Below are positions 28,510-39,086 of a stretch of DNA of 64,000 nt, piece by piece (within the stretch, counting starts at the first letter, position 1; each line of letters begins with the position of its first letter). The translations under genes were made by a program, and so were the position numbers. Source of the stretch: an uncultured Nocardioides sp. GTDB taxonomy: Bacteria > Actinomycetota > Actinomycetes > Propionibacteriales > Nocardioidaceae. The notes under the pieces were generated by a model. That model searched no databases and was not told where the DNA came from. It saw nothing but the letters and a program-made list of their open reading frames with translations. The DNA is taken from contig CAYNFY010000006.1 in NCBI GenBank assembly GCA_964396585.1, forward strand, positions 223 through 64,222. The letters are read 5' to 3'.

Positions 28510-29079
28510 TCAGGACTGAGGAAGTCTCGCCGTGGTGAGGGTGCCGATCAGGGTCTCCATCGTCTGCTGCGGTACCGAGCCCCAGACCAACAGGGTCCGG
28601 CCGCGCCACTCGGTGAGCAGTCCCGAGTCGATCTCCGAGGTCCAGACATGCCAGACCGAGTCGATCTCGGGATTCTCGATGCTGACCTCGTCACCCTCGC
28701 GCGGAGACTTGGGCAGGAACTCCGCCACCACGTTGTCGGGATCCGCGTCGACCCAGGTGTACCCCACGAACTTGTCCCGCCCCTCGACGGTGGTGTGCAG
28801 ACTCACCCGTAGGTTCTGGCGCTCGCCCGGCTTGTTGTCGAATCCGGTGACCTTCCACCCTTCGGGGAGTTCCGCGGGGTACAGCACCTCGACGTCGGCC
28901 TCCTGCAGCGCCCGGACCAGCGACAGGTAGTCCAGGGAGTCGGGACGCACCTCGAGGTCGTCCCGGTTGAGTGCCCGGAAGCCGACATACCCGGCGATGA
29001 ACAGCAGGCACAGGATCATCGCCCCCACCAGTCCGGCCAGTGACGTCTGATAGCCCGTGCGCTTGTTCACGCCGATCAT
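28510..29079 (-). CDS. DUF4245-family membrane-anchored protein
   Basis: ATG 29079 (MIGVNKRTGYQTS), a single TM helix, then ...YPAELPEGWKVTG...LLVWGSVPQQTMETLIG, as in actinobacterial DUF4245 proteins found next to glpX. Confidence 0.72.
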   Translation of the reverse strand: MIGVNKRTGYQTSLAGLVGAMILCLLFIAGYVGFRALNRDDLEVRPDSLDYLSLVRALQEADVEVLYPAELPEGWKVTGFDNKPGERQNLRVSLHTTVEGRDKFVGYTWVDADPDNVVAEFLPKSPREGDEVSIENPEIDSVWHVWTSEIDSGLLTEWRGRTLLVWGSVPQQTMETLIGTLTTARLPQS

Positions 29080-29176
29080 CCTCTCAGCACGTACCTGCCG
29101 CTCCTGGAGGAGGTCACAGGACCACGAAGCAGACCCGACTAGCCAACACTTCAATACCTAGGCAATAGTTATCTAT

Positions 29177-29932
29177 GTGACCCGACTTCGATTCCTGGCT
29201 CCGGTCCTCGCCGGCCTACTGATCCTGACCGCCTGCTCCTCAGGGGACGAGGCAGAGAAAGACACTCCGACCAAGGCCACCGTGCTGGCCGCGGCCTCGC
29301 TGACCGAGGTCCTCGGCAGGATGGCGGCCGATCTGAAGGCGCAGGACTCGATCGAGACCACCTTCTCGTTCGGCTCCTCGACCACGCTCGCCGAACAGGC
29401 CGGGCAAGGTGCGCCCGGCGACCTGCTGGCCACGGCCGACAAGACCTCCATGGATCTGGCCGTCAGCAACGGTGCGGTCACCGCCGACCCGACGCTCTTC
29501 GCCACCAACCGACTGGTCCTCGTCACCCCCGCAGACAACCCAGGCAAGGTCGACTCGGTCGATGACCTGGACGCAACCGACTGGGTGCGCTGCGCCGACG
29601 ACGTGCCGTGCGGTCGCCTCGCCCTGACTCTGCTGGAGGGCAAGGCGAAGCAGACGGGGAACCCGGCCAGTCTCGAGGTGGATGTCAAGAGCGTGCTGGC
29701 CAAGGTCACCTCGGGCGAGGCGGACGCCGGCCTGGTCTACGCCACCGACGCCGCGGCTGCCGGTGACCAGGTCCAGGTCGTGGAGATCCCCGGCGCCGAC
29801 GAACACCTGAACACCTACTGGGTCGCGCCGCTGGCCACGGGCGATGCCCGGGCGGCCGAGGGGTGGATGAACCTGATCGTCTCCGAGCGCGGCAAGAAGG
29901 CCCTGACCGAGGCCGGCTTCGGTCTGCCGTGA
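29177..29932 (+). CDS. modA: Molybdate ABC transporter substrate-binding lipoprotein
   Basis: Lipobox LILTACSSG, FGSSTTLAEQ, ATADKTSMD, LAKVTSGEADAGLVYATD. Confidence 0.88.
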   Translation: MTRLRFLAPVLAGLLILTACSSGDEAEKDTPTKATVLAAASLTEVLGRMAADLKAQDSIETTFSFGSSTTLAEQAGQGAPGDLLATADKTSMDLAVSNGAVTADPTLFATNRLVLVTPADNPGKVDSVDDLDATDWVRCADDVPCGRLALTLLEGKAKQTGNPASLEVDVKSVLAKVTSGEADAGLVYATDAAAAGDQVQVVEIPGADEHLNTYWVAPLATGDARAAEGWMNLIVSERGKKALTEAGFGLP

Positions 29933-30786
29933 CCCGGTCCCAGTCTGGAACCGGGGTGGGGTGGTCCCGCCCGGCAGAGCATGCCCCACACCACCGGGAC
30001 CGGGCCGCCGGCCGGGCACCGGTCCGACTGGTGTTACCCGCGGTGCTGGCCGTCGCCCTGCTGGTGGCGCCGTTGGCCGCACTGCTGGTCAGCACCGACT
30101 GGCGCGATGTGGGCCATCAGCTCTCCTCCCCGGTCCTGCGCGACGCGATGTGGCTCTCGGTGATGACCGCGACCGTGGCCACCACGATCTGCCTGCTGCT
30201 CGGGCTCCCGCTGGCCTGGTGTCTGGCACGCTGCACCTTCCGAGGACGGGCCCTGGTCCGCGGCCTGGTCACGGTCCCGCTGGTGCTTCCCCCCGTGGTG
30301 GGCGGCGTGGCGCTGATGAGCGCCTTCGGACGCAGCGGTTTCATCGGCGAGCCGCTGCGCGAGCTCACCGGATTCACGTTCCCGTTCACCACTGCCGGCG
30401 TGGTCCTGGCGCATACCTTCGTATCGATGCCCTTCGTCGTGCTGAGCATCGAGGGAGCCCTGCGCACCGCGGATCCCCGGCTCGATGCCGTCGCCGCCAC
30501 TCTGGGGGCAGACCGGTGGCGGATCTTCCGAACCATCACGTTGCCGCTGGCCCTGCCGGGCATCGCGGCAGGCGCGGTGTTGGGATGGGCCCGCTCGATG
30601 GGTGAATTCGGGGCGACGATCACCTTCGCCGGCAACTATCCCGGCACTACTCAGACCATGCCGACCCTGATCAACCAGGCGATGAACTCGAATCCCGAAG
30701 TGGCGCGCACCCTCAGTGTGCTGTTGCTGCTGATGGCCGTGGTGGTGCTCCTGGTGCTGCGCGAACGCTGGTGGGTGACGCCATGA
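29929..30786 (+). CDS. modB: Molybdate ABC transporter permease
   Basis: GTG 29929 overlaps the modA stop (GTGA). EAA-loop ARSMGEFGATITFAGN and DAVAATLGADRWRIFRTITLPLALPG. Confidence 0.88.
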   Translation: MTRSQSGTGVGWSRPAEHAPHHRDRAAGRAPVRLVLPAVLAVALLVAPLAALLVSTDWRDVGHQLSSPVLRDAMWLSVMTATVATTICLLLGLPLAWCLARCTFRGRALVRGLVTVPLVLPPVVGGVALMSAFGRSGFIGEPLRELTGFTFPFTTAGVVLAHTFVSMPFVVLSIEGALRTADPRLDAVAATLGADRWRIFRTITLPLALPGIAAGAVLGWARSMGEFGATITFAGNYPGTTQTMPTLINQAMNSNPEVARTLSVLLLLMAVVVLLVLRERWWVTP

Positions 30787-31757
30787 GCGGCGCAGGACTC
30801 GACGTCGACCTGCAGGTGCCCGGCCGGATCCGGGCCACGTTCACCGCCGACCCGGGTGAGGTGATCGCCCTGGTCGGCCCCAACGGTGCGGGCAAGAGCA
30901 CCCTGCTCCAGGCGCTGGCCGGACTGGTCGACGCCACCGGTCGCGCCGCCAGCGGCGGACGGGAGATCCTCACCCTGGACACCCGGCACCGCCGGATCGG
31001 ACTCGTGTTCCAGGATCGCTGGCTCTTTCCGCACCTGAGCGCACTGGAGAACGTCGCCTACGCCCCCCGCGCCCAGGGCGTCCCCCGCGCCGAGGCGCGG
31101 CTCCGGGCGAGGGCCTGGCTCGACCGATTCGGGATCGGCGACCTGGCTGCCCGACTCCCCGGGCAACTCTCCGGCGGACAGGCCCAGCGGGTCTCGCTGG
31201 CCCGCGCCCTAGCCAGCGAGCCGGACCTGTTGATGCTCGACGAGCCGTTCACCGGGATGGATGCCGGGGTGGCCACCAGCCTTCGAATCGAGTTGGCCCG
31301 CCATCTGGCCGACTTCGGCGGGGTCACCCTGCTGGTCACCCACGACCCGATGGACGCACTCACGATGGCCGAGCGGGTACTGGTGCTGGAACAGGGCCGA
31401 ATCGTCCAGGACGACAACCCCGCTCGCGTGACCTCCGCGCCAGGCACCGCACATGTGGCCCGACTGCTGGGCCTCAATGTGGTGTCCGACGGCGCCGACC
31501 TGCTCACCTTCGGCCCCGAGGCGGTCGCGGTACAGCTGGACATGCCGCACGGATCGCCGCGGCACCGCTGGTTCGGCGAGGTGGCCGCGCTCAGTCCCTA
31601 CGGTGCCGTGCTCCGAGTCCTGGTGCGGACCGAGGTCGGCGATCTGATCGCCGATGTCACCCCCGATGCGGGGATGGAACTCGGTCTGACGGCCGGTCGG
31701 GGACTGTGGTTGGCCGTGAAGGAGACTGCGGTCAGACGCACTCCCGCGCGCCGGTAG
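30783..31757 (+). CDS. modC: Molybdate-type ABC transporter ATP-binding protein with a TOBE-like C-terminus
   Basis: [46 protein letters not shown] 30783 overlaps the modB stop (ATGA). Confidence 0.85.
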   Translation: MSGAGLDVDLQVPGRIRATFTADPGEVIALVGPNGAGKSTLLQALAGLVDATGRAASGGREILTLDTRHRRIGLVFQDRWLFPHLSALENVAYAPRAQGVPRAEARLRARAWLDRFGIGDLAARLPGQLSGGQAQRVSLARALASEPDLLMLDEPFTGMDAGVATSLRIELARHLADFGGVTLLVTHDPMDALTMAERVLVLEQGRIVQDDNPARVTSAPGTAHVARLLGLNVVSDGADLLTFGPEAVAVQLDMPHGSPRHRWFGEVAALSPYGAVLRVLVRTEVGDLIADVTPDAGMELGLTAGRGLWLAVKETAVRRTPARR

Positions 31758-31767
31758 AATCCGGCCC

Positions 31768-32790
31768 ATGACGCAACCTGCCGACCTCATCGTCGCCCCC
31801 GAGTCCCCCGACCGCAACCTGGCCCTGGAACTCGTGCGAGTGACCGAGGCGGCGGCCATCGCCGCCGGCCGGTGGGTCGGCCGGGGCGACAAGAACGGCG
31901 CCGACGGGGTGGCGGTCAACGCCATGCGTGTGATGATCTCGACGGTCGCGATGAACGGCACCGTCGTGATCGGTGAGGGCGAGAAGGACAACGCCCCGAT
32001 GCTCTACAACGGCGAGGTCGTCGGCGACGGAACCGGCCCCGAGTGTGACGTCGCGGTGGACCCGATCGACGGCACCACGCTGACCGCCAAGGGAATGAAC
32101 AACGCGGTGGCAGTGATGGCGGTGGCGCCTCGCGGCACCATGTACGACCCGTCCGCGGTCTTCTACATGGAGAAGTTGGTGACCGGTGCCGAGGCGGCCG
32201 ATGTCGTAGACATCCGTCACCCGGTGCGGGCCAATATCGAGGCGGTCGCCAAGGCCAAGGGCACCCGCAAGGAGAACATCACCGTGGTCCTGCTGGACCG
32301 CCCCCGACACGCTCAGATCGTCGAGGAGGTCCGGGCCACCGGTGCTCGGATCAAGTTCATCTCGGACGGTGACGTGGCCGGCGCGATCATGGCCGCCCGG
32401 CATGACACCGGCGTCGATCTGCTGCTCGGCATCGGAGGCACCCCCGAGGGCATCATCTCGGCCTGCGCGATGAAGGCGATGGGCGCCGTGATCCAGGGCC
32501 GGTTGTGGCCCCAGGACGACGACGAGCGGCAGAAGGCGCTGGACGCCGGTCACGACCTGGACCCGAACTCGATCCTGACCACCGACCAGTTGGTCACCGG
32601 GGACGACTGCTTCTTCGTCGCCACCGGCATCACCGACGGTGAGCTGATGCGCGGCGTGCGCTACCGCGCGGACGGCGCCACCACTCAGTCGCTGGTGATG
32701 CGCTCGCGCTCGGGCACCATCCGCACGGTCACCTCCGAGCACCAGCTCTCCAAGCTGCGCGCCTACTCCGCGGTCAACTTCGACAACTGA
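31768..32790 (+). CDS. glpX: Class II fructose-1,6-bisphosphatase
   Basis: [56 protein letters not shown]. Confidence 0.95.
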   Translation: MTQPADLIVAPESPDRNLALELVRVTEAAAIAAGRWVGRGDKNGADGVAVNAMRVMISTVAMNGTVVIGEGEKDNAPMLYNGEVVGDGTGPECDVAVDPIDGTTLTAKGMNNAVAVMAVAPRGTMYDPSAVFYMEKLVTGAEAADVVDIRHPVRANIEAVAKAKGTRKENITVVLLDRPRHAQIVEEVRATGARIKFISDGDVAGAIMAARHDTGVDLLLGIGGTPEGIISACAMKAMGAVIQGRLWPQDDDERQKALDAGHDLDPNSILTTDQLVTGDDCFFVATGITDGELMRGVRYRADGATTQSLVMRSRSGTIRTVTSEHQLSKLRAYSAVNFDN

Positions 32791-32814
32791 TCGGCGCCTT
32801 TCGGCACTGACCGG

Positions 32815-32854
32815 CGTCGTCCGGCGGAACCTGCCACGGTTCTGCCGGACGACG
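32815..32854 (+). terminator. Stem-loop after glpX
   Basis: CGTCGTCCGGC ... GCCGGACGACG (11-bp stem with an inner GGAAC/GTTCT extension), followed by TTGT. Confidence 0.5.
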
Positions 32855-32862
32855 TTGTCGCC

Positions 32863-33807
32863 ATGGGGTTGACTTGTCCCATGTCCTCGCCCGATGCCTC
32901 CGTCCCGGTGCCGCACTCGGATGAGCAGATCGCCCATCTGTCACACGGCATCGACCTCTGCTTCCAGACCTTCGGCGACCCGGCGGACCCGGCCCTGCTG
33001 CTCGTGATGGGCCTCGGCGGTCCGATGACGTGGTGGCCTGCCGGCCTCTGTGAGGGGTTCGCCCGCGCCGGCTACTTCGTGGTGCGCTACGACAACCGCG
33101 ATGCCGGTCGTTCTACCCAGATCGCCGACGTGGTGACCCGCTCGATGCTGGTGCGCGCCTTCCTCGGCCTGCCCACGTCGGCCCCCTACTCGATCGGCGA
33201 CCTGGCCCGGGACGGGATGGGCCTGCTGGCGCACTTGAATATCGAGAAAGCGCACGTGGCCGGGGTCTCGATGGGCGGGATGATCGCCCAGACCATGGCC
33301 CTGTCCTTTCCTGACCGGGTCCTCTCACTCACCTCGATCAGCTCCACCACCGGCCGTCGTGGGGTGGGCTGGCAACATCCCCGATTGTTCCCGGCACTGC
33401 TCACCGATCGCAGTTCCTCGCGCGAGGCCTATCTGCGCGGTGTGCTGAGGTTCGCCCCTCGGGTCGGCTCATCCGCCTACCCGGAAGATCCGACGGCGCT
33501 GCGCCTGCGAGCCGAGGAGACGTGGGATCGGGGCGTGCATCGCGACGGGACGATGCGACAGATGCTGGCGGTGCTGACCCAGCCCGACCGGAGCCGTGAC
33601 CTGGCTCGGGTCGCGGTGCCGACCCTGGTACTGCACGGCACCGACGACCCGTTGGTCCATCCCTCCGGAGGACGGGCCACCGCCCACTCGATACCCGGAG
33701 CGACCCTGATCAGCATCGCCGGGATGGGCCACGATCTCCCGCATGGACTGTGGGAGGTCATCGTCGAGGCCGTCGACCGTAACGCACACCGGATATCCGG
33801 AGGCTGA
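32863..33807 (+). CDS. Alpha/beta-fold hydrolase
   Basis: HVAGVSMGGMIAQ (nucleophile elbow GxSxG), VLHGTDDPLV, GMGHDLP. Confidence 0.85.
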   Translation: MGLTCPMSSPDASVPVPHSDEQIAHLSHGIDLCFQTFGDPADPALLLVMGLGGPMTWWPAGLCEGFARAGYFVVRYDNRDAGRSTQIADVVTRSMLVRAFLGLPTSAPYSIGDLARDGMGLLAHLNIEKAHVAGVSMGGMIAQTMALSFPDRVLSLTSISSTTGRRGVGWQHPRLFPALLTDRSSSREAYLRGVLRFAPRVGSSAYPEDPTALRLRAEETWDRGVHRDGTMRQMLAVLTQPDRSRDLARVAVPTLVLHGTDDPLVHPSGGRATAHSIPGATLISIAGMGHDLPHGLWEVIVEAVDRNAHRISGG

Positions 33808-33865
33808 GCCCGGAGGTTGAGTACCGGGCCTCCTCGATCTAGGGGAGAAGAACCCCCGATTTCGA

Positions 33866-33881
33866 TGTGACCCTTGTCACA
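33866..33881. promoter_or_regulatory. Perfect CRP/GlxR-type box TGTGA-N6-TCACA upstream of the sugar ABC operon
   Basis: TGTGACCCTTGTCACA, 44 nt upstream of ATG 33925. Confidence 0.45.
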
Positions 33882-33924
33882 GTGCCCCAAAAGGCGATAT
33901 GCCAGAGGTGGACAGGGGGTGTTG

Positions 33925-35232
33925 ATGAACACGTCGAAGAGCATGTCCACGCGTGGTACCCGCAACGGCCATCGACGACAGCGGGCCGGAATGGTCGCTG
34001 CGCTGGTGCTCACCTCCAGCCTGCTCAGTGCCTGTGGCAGCGACGGCGGCAAGGCCCAACTGGTCTGGTACACGAACCCCGACGGCGGCACTCAGTCCGC
34101 CATCGCGAAGCAATGCTCGACCGACCGCTACACGATCACGACTCAACAACTACCGCAGGACGCCGGCCAACAGCGGGTGCAACTGGCGCGGCGCCTCGCA
34201 GCGGGTGACGACTCGATCGATCTGATGAGCCTCGACCCCGCCTACACCGGCGAGTTCGCCAACGCCGGCTTCCTGGTCGACCTCCCCGGTAGCGCCGAAG
34301 CGGACATGAGTGAACGCGGCACCTTCGACTCGGCCCTCACCGCGGCCTCCTGGCAGGACCACCTGGTCGCCTATCCGTTCACCTCGAACACCCAGGTGCT
34401 CTGGTATCGCAAGTCGTTCGTGGCCAAGTCCGGTCTGGACATGACTCAGCCGGTGACCTGGGACCAGATCATCGAGAACGCGGCGAAGAATCACGGCACC
34501 GTCGCGGTACAGGCCAACAAGTACGAGGGTTACGTGGTCTGGATCAACGCGCTGATCGCGGGTGCCGGCGGGGCCATCATCACCGACCCTCAGAACGGTC
34601 TCGACGCCTCGGTCACGATCGGTCAGGAGCCCGGCCAGATCGCCGCCCAGGTCATCAGGACGCTGGCCCATTCCAAGGCCGCCACCCCCGACATGAGCGT
34701 CAGCAACGAGGGCACGTCCGGCTCCGCCTTCGCCACCGCCGATGGCGCCTTCATGACCAACTGGACCTATATCTTCCACAACTACGACGCCAGCGACCCG
34801 GCGGTGGCCAAAGACATCGGCTATGCCCGCTACCCGCAGTCGGTCGCGGGTCAGGATTCCGCTCCCCCCTACGGCGGGCTGGAGGTCGCGGTCAGCGACA
34901 CCACTCGCCACCGTGACTTCGCGATCGAGGCCGCGCGCTGCGCCACCAGTGTCGAGCACCAGGCCCAGATGGCGGAGAAGGAGGGACTCATGCCCTCCAG
35001 CGCCCAGGGATACGCCGAGCCCGCCGTGCAGAAGCTGTTTCCCGCTGACCTGCTCAAGTTGTTCGAGGACAGCGTCGCGACCGCGGCCCCGCGTCCGATC
35101 AGCCCCTACTGGTCAGACATCTCCACCGCCATCCAGAGCACCTGGCACCCGCCGAACGACGTGAATTCGGCGACCCCCAGGAAGTCGGCAGACCTGATTC
35201 CCGACGCCATGCAGGGAAAGGCGCTGATGTGA
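33925..35232 (+). CDS. Carbohydrate ABC transporter substrate-binding lipoprotein
   Basis: Lipobox LLSACGSD after ATG 33925. Family-1 extracellular solute-binding protein pattern. First gene of a 4-gene operon. Confidence 0.88.
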   Translation: MNTSKSMSTRGTRNGHRRQRAGMVAALVLTSSLLSACGSDGGKAQLVWYTNPDGGTQSAIAKQCSTDRYTITTQQLPQDAGQQRVQLARRLAAGDDSIDLMSLDPAYTGEFANAGFLVDLPGSAEADMSERGTFDSALTAASWQDHLVAYPFTSNTQVLWYRKSFVAKSGLDMTQPVTWDQIIENAAKNHGTVAVQANKYEGYVVWINALIAGAGGAIITDPQNGLDASVTIGQEPGQIAAQVIRTLAHSKAATPDMSVSNEGTSGSAFATADGAFMTNWTYIFHNYDASDPAVAKDIGYARYPQSVAGQDSAPPYGGLEVAVSDTTRHRDFAIEAARCATSVEHQAQMAEKEGLMPSSAQGYAEPAVQKLFPADLLKLFEDSVATAAPRPISPYWSDISTAIQSTWHPPNDVNSATPRKSADLIPDAMQGKALM

Positions 35233-36167
35233 GTACTACCGCACAGAACCGCCCCGCCCACGCCGTGCAGGTCAGTGACCGCGCGGCCGGCGAGAACCGG
35301 CTGGGGCTACGACTGGTCGCCCCAGCCGTGATCCTGATGGTGCTGGTCACCGCCTGGCCGATGATCCAGGCGCTCTACCTCTCGCTGTTCCGGTACCGCC
35401 TGACCGCACCGGATGACAAGACCTTCATCGGTCTGGACAACTACCAGACGATCTTCACCAGCTCGCTGTTCTGGAGGGACACCTGGAACACCGTGCTGAT
35501 CATGGTGATCACGGTCGCCGTCGAACTGGTCATCGGCTTCGCCTTCGCGATGGTGATGCACCGGATCGTCTTCGCCCGCGGCGCGATCCGTACCTCGATC
35601 CTGATCCCCTACGGGATCATCACCGTGGTCTCGGCCTTCGCCTGGCAGTTCGCCTTCAGCATCAACAACGGCTTCGTGAACTCCTGGTTCGGCTGGTTGC
35701 CGGGCATCGGTGAGAACCTGAACTGGTACGGGCACCACTGGACCGCGATGTTCACCATCATGATCTCCGAGATCTGGAAGACCACTCCGTTCATGTCGCT
35801 GCTCCTGCTGGCCGGTCTCTCCCAGGTCAGCGAGGACACCGTCGAAGCGGCCAAGGTGGACGGAGCCACCGCCTGGCAACGACTGTGGAAGGTGATCCTG
35901 CCGAGCATGCGCGGCGCCATCATGGTGGCCGTGCTGTTCCGGGCACTGGACGCCTACCGGATCTTCGACAACATCTTCATCATGACCCGGGGCGCCCAGA
36001 ACACCGAGTCGATCTCGTTCCTGACCTATCGCCAGGTGATCGAGCAGATGCAGCTGGGGATGGGCTCCGCATTGTCGGTGGTGCTGTTCTGCTCGGTCCT
36101 GTTGCTGGCGTGGCTGATCGTCAAGATCTTCCGGGTCGATCTGGCTCGGGCGAGGGGTGAGGGCTGA
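35229..36167 (+). CDS. Carbohydrate ABC transporter permease (MalF/SugA-like)
   Basis: Six TM segments and EAA motif EAAKVDGATAWQRLWKVILP. Confidence 0.9.
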   Translation: MSTTAQNRPAHAVQVSDRAAGENRLGLRLVAPAVILMVLVTAWPMIQALYLSLFRYRLTAPDDKTFIGLDNYQTIFTSSLFWRDTWNTVLIMVITVAVELVIGFAFAMVMHRIVFARGAIRTSILIPYGIITVVSAFAWQFAFSINNGFVNSWFGWLPGIGENLNWYGHHWTAMFTIMISEIWKTTPFMSLLLLAGLSQVSEDTVEAAKVDGATAWQRLWKVILPSMRGAIMVAVLFRALDAYRIFDNIFIMTRGAQNTESISFLTYRQVIEQMQLGMGSALSVVLFCSVLLLAWLIVKIFRVDLARARGEG

Positions 36168-37003
36168 TGGCAAGCAAATCAGCGACCAGAGCCGGTACCG
36201 GGGTCGGGTTCGTTCTCATCCTGGTGTGGTGCCTCTTCCCGGTGGCCTGGATCATCTCCCTCTCGTTCAAGTCGACGGACGAGACGAATGCCGGCAGCGC
36301 CCAGTTCCTGCCCAAGCACGCCACCTGGGACAACTACCGGGCGATCCTGCAGGACGACGACTTCCTGCGGGCTCTGCTCAACTCCTTCGGTATCGCGATC
36401 ATCGCCACCGTGCTGGCGGTGATCATCGCGACGCTGGCGGCCTACGCGATCGCCCGGCTGGACTTCCGGGGCAAGAGGCTGGTGCTCTCCCTGGCGTTGG
36501 CCATCGCCATGTTCCCGGTGGTCTCGCTGGTGGGACCGCTCTTCGACATGTGGCGCACCTTCCATCTGTTCAACACCTGGCCGGGCCTGATCATCCCGTA
36601 CATGTCCTTCACTCTGCCGCTGGCGATCTGGACCCTGTCGGCCTTCTTCCGCGAGATCCCCTGGGAGCTGGAGCAGGCCGCACAGGTGGATGGCGCCACC
36701 CCGTGGCAGGGCTTTCGGAAGGTGATCGTCCCGCTGGCCGCTCCGGGAGTGTTCACCGCGGCGATCCTGACCTTCTTCTTCGCCTGGAACGAGTTCGTGC
36801 TCGCGATCTCCCTGACCTCGACCACGTCGAGCCGCACGGTACCGGCCCAGATGTCGTTCTTCGTGGGACCCGACCCGTTCAATCCGCCCTACGGTCAGCT
36901 CGCCACCGCCTCGGTGATCGTGACGGTCCCGATCATCGTCATCGTTCTGCTGTTCCAACGCAAGATCGTCGCCGGGCTCACCTCCGGTGCAGTGAAGGGA
37001 TGA
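36167..37003 (+). CDS. Carbohydrate ABC transporter permease (MalG/SugB-like)
   Basis: EAA motif EQAAQVDGATPWQGFRKVIVPLAAPG. Confidence 0.9.
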   Translation: MASKSATRAGTGVGFVLILVWCLFPVAWIISLSFKSTDETNAGSAQFLPKHATWDNYRAILQDDDFLRALLNSFGIAIIATVLAVIIATLAAYAIARLDFRGKRLVLSLALAIAMFPVVSLVGPLFDMWRTFHLFNTWPGLIIPYMSFTLPLAIWTLSAFFREIPWELEQAAQVDGATPWQGFRKVIVPLAAPGVFTAAILTFFFAWNEFVLAISLTSTTSSRTVPAQMSFFVGPDPFNPPYGQLATASVIVTVPIIVIVLLFQRKIVAGLTSGAVKG

Positions 37004-37010
37004 GACGCAC

Positions 37011-38237
37011 ATGGCTGCCATCGAGATGCGGAATATCGTCAAGCAGTACCCGGACGGGTTCCGAGCCGTGAACGACGTCACCATCGACGTCGCCGATGGT
37101 GAGTTCCTGATCCTGGTCGGGCCCTCGGGCTGCGGCAAGTCCACGCTCCTTCGAATGATCGTGGGGCTGGAGGACATCTCGTCGGGCGACATGGTGATCG
37201 ACGACAAGCGGGTCAACGACCTGGCACCGCGAGACCGAAACCTCGCCATGGTGTTCCAGAACTACGCCCTCTACCCGCATATGAGCGTCTACGAGAACAT
37301 CGCCTTCCCGCTGCGGCTGGCCAAGATTCCCGGCGCCGAGATCGACCGCAAGGTGCGTGAGGCCTCGGCCCTGCTCGAACTCGACGAGCACCTGGACCGC
37401 AAGCCGGGGAACCTCTCGGGTGGGCAGCGTCAGCGGGTCGCGATGGGTCGGGCCATCGTGCGCGACGCGGACGCCTTCCTCTTCGACGAGCCCCTGTCGA
37501 ACCTGGACGCCAAGCTGCGCGGCCAGATGCGCACCGAGATCGCCCGGCTACAGAAGCGGCTCGGTATCACCACCGTCTATGTCACCCACGACCAGATCGA
37601 GGCCACGACACTCGGTCACCGCGTCGCGGTCCTGCGTCGTGGGGTGCTTCAGCAGCTGGCCACCCCCCATGAGCTCTACGACAACCCGGCCAACCTGTTC
37701 GTGGCCGGCTTCATCGGGTCACCGCCGATCAATTTCCTGCCGGCCCGGGTCGAGGGCGACAGCCTGATCCTGCCCTCCTTCGGCGAGGTGCCCCTGCCGT
37801 CCGGGCGAACCATCCGTGCTCAGGAGCATCCGGTGCTGATGGCCGGTATCCGGCCCGAGTACTTCGAGGACGCCGACGCACTCGACCCGGAGACGCTGGC
37901 CCGCGGCATGGTCTTCACGGTGACCGTCGACATGGTCGAATGGTTGGGGCACGAGACCTACCTGTACGTCGACTACTCGCCCGGCGAGGAGGTCCGCCAC
38001 CTGCTGGCTGAACTGGAGAAGGATCTCGACGGCGAGGTGATCCGGACTCAGCTGGTGGTGGCGCTGGAGGGCTCCACCCGGATCCGCCAGGGCAGCACGG
38101 TACGGATCTGGGTGGACACCTCGAAGATCATGCTGTTCGATCCCGAGACCGGATACAACCTCACCCTGGACGAGGAGAACGCCGGAGTCGTGACCGGTGC
38201 GCTGCCGCCCCGGCAGGAGGATCAGGCCCACGCCTGA
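37011..38237 (+). CDS. Sugar ABC transporter ATP-binding protein (MalK/UgpC/SugC-like)
   Basis: GPSGCGKSTLLRMI, LSGGQRQRVAMGRAI, FLFDEPLSNLD, and a TOBE-type C-terminal domain. Confidence 0.92.
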   Translation: MAAIEMRNIVKQYPDGFRAVNDVTIDVADGEFLILVGPSGCGKSTLLRMIVGLEDISSGDMVIDDKRVNDLAPRDRNLAMVFQNYALYPHMSVYENIAFPLRLAKIPGAEIDRKVREASALLELDEHLDRKPGNLSGGQRQRVAMGRAIVRDADAFLFDEPLSNLDAKLRGQMRTEIARLQKRLGITTVYVTHDQIEATTLGHRVAVLRRGVLQQLATPHELYDNPANLFVAGFIGSPPINFLPARVEGDSLILPSFGEVPLPSGRTIRAQEHPVLMAGIRPEYFEDADALDPETLARGMVFTVTVDMVEWLGHETYLYVDYSPGEEVRHLLAELEKDLDGEVIRTQLVVALEGSTRIRQGSTVRIWVDTSKIMLFDPETGYNLTLDEENAGVVTGALPPRQEDQAHA

Positions 38238-38252
38238 TCGACCGGATACCAC

Positions 38253-39086
38253 CTAGTGCGGGGCGGCGAGCACCCGTTCCAGGACCAGTGCCACACCGTC
38301 CTCGTCGTTGCGGGCGGTGACCTCGTCCGCTGCCGCCACGGTCGCGGGCACCGCATTGGCCACCGCCACCCCGTACCCTGCCCAGGCCAGCATCTCGACA
38401 TCGTTCTCGGCGTCCCCGAAGGCCAGCACCTGAGTGCGGTCGACCCCCAGATGGGCGCAGAGCTCCGCGAGCCCGACGGACTTGTCGATGCCGGGTGGCA
38501 GAATCTCGGCGAACGGCGCCCCCGAATGGGTGACCCCGAACCCGGGCAGCCCCAGGCCGCGGATCGCGGAGACCAGATCGGGTACCGGTACGACCGCATG
38601 GCGGGCCACCAGCTTCTGACTGGGCGACCCGATCACCTCGCTGAGGTCTCGCTCCACCATCGAGCGTGGATCCCGCTTGTGATCGGAGAAGTCGGCCAGC
38701 AGGGCATAGCCGTGTTCGGCGACGAACTCCTCCCCACGGTTGCGAACCGCTGCGTAGCGCACCTCGGGGATCAGCGCGGCCAACGCCGTGACCAGGGCCC
38801 GCTGTGCATCGGCGGCGATGAAGTGCTCGAAGAGGACCTCACCGGTGCTCAGATGCAGGGCCAGCGCCGCATTGCCGCACAAGGCCCAGTCGGTGAAGCC
38901 GGTCTGTTGGGCGATCAGTCGCAGACCGATCGGCTGGCGCGCGGTGACCGGGATGAGCGGCACGCCGCGACGACGCAGCGCATCCAGCGCTGACCGGGTC
39001 CGGGAGGAGACGGTCAGGTCACTGCGCAGCAGGGTGCCGTCCAGGTCGGTAGCGATCAGCCGGACACCCGACAGGTCCCGGTTCAC
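38253..39086 (-). CDS. Cof-type HAD-IIB family hydrolase
   Basis: LIATDLDGTLL (DxD), VTARQP, AFGDAENDVEML. The GTG start overlaps the upstream stop (GTGA). Confidence 0.85.
   Translation of the reverse strand: MNRDLSGVRLIATDLDGTLLRSDLTVSSRTRSALDALRRRGVPLIPVTARQPIGLRLIAQQTGFTDWALCGNAALALHLSTGEVLFEHFIAADAQRALVTALAALIPEVRYAAVRNRGEEFVAEHGYALLADFSDHKRDPRSMVERDLSEVIGSPSQKLVARHAVVPVPDLVSAIRGLGLPGFGVTHSGAPFAEILPPGIDKSVGLAELCAHLGVDRTQVLAFGDAENDVEMLAWAGYGVAVANAVPATVAAADEVTARNDEDGVALVLERVLAAPH

Noticed and set aside
29165-29176. ATAG-TTAT-CTAT palindrome immediately before the modA start, considered as a ModE-like operator or Moco riboswitch.
   Set aside because: It is too short and abuts the start codon. 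The leader (about 98 nt) is too short for a Moco riboswitch.
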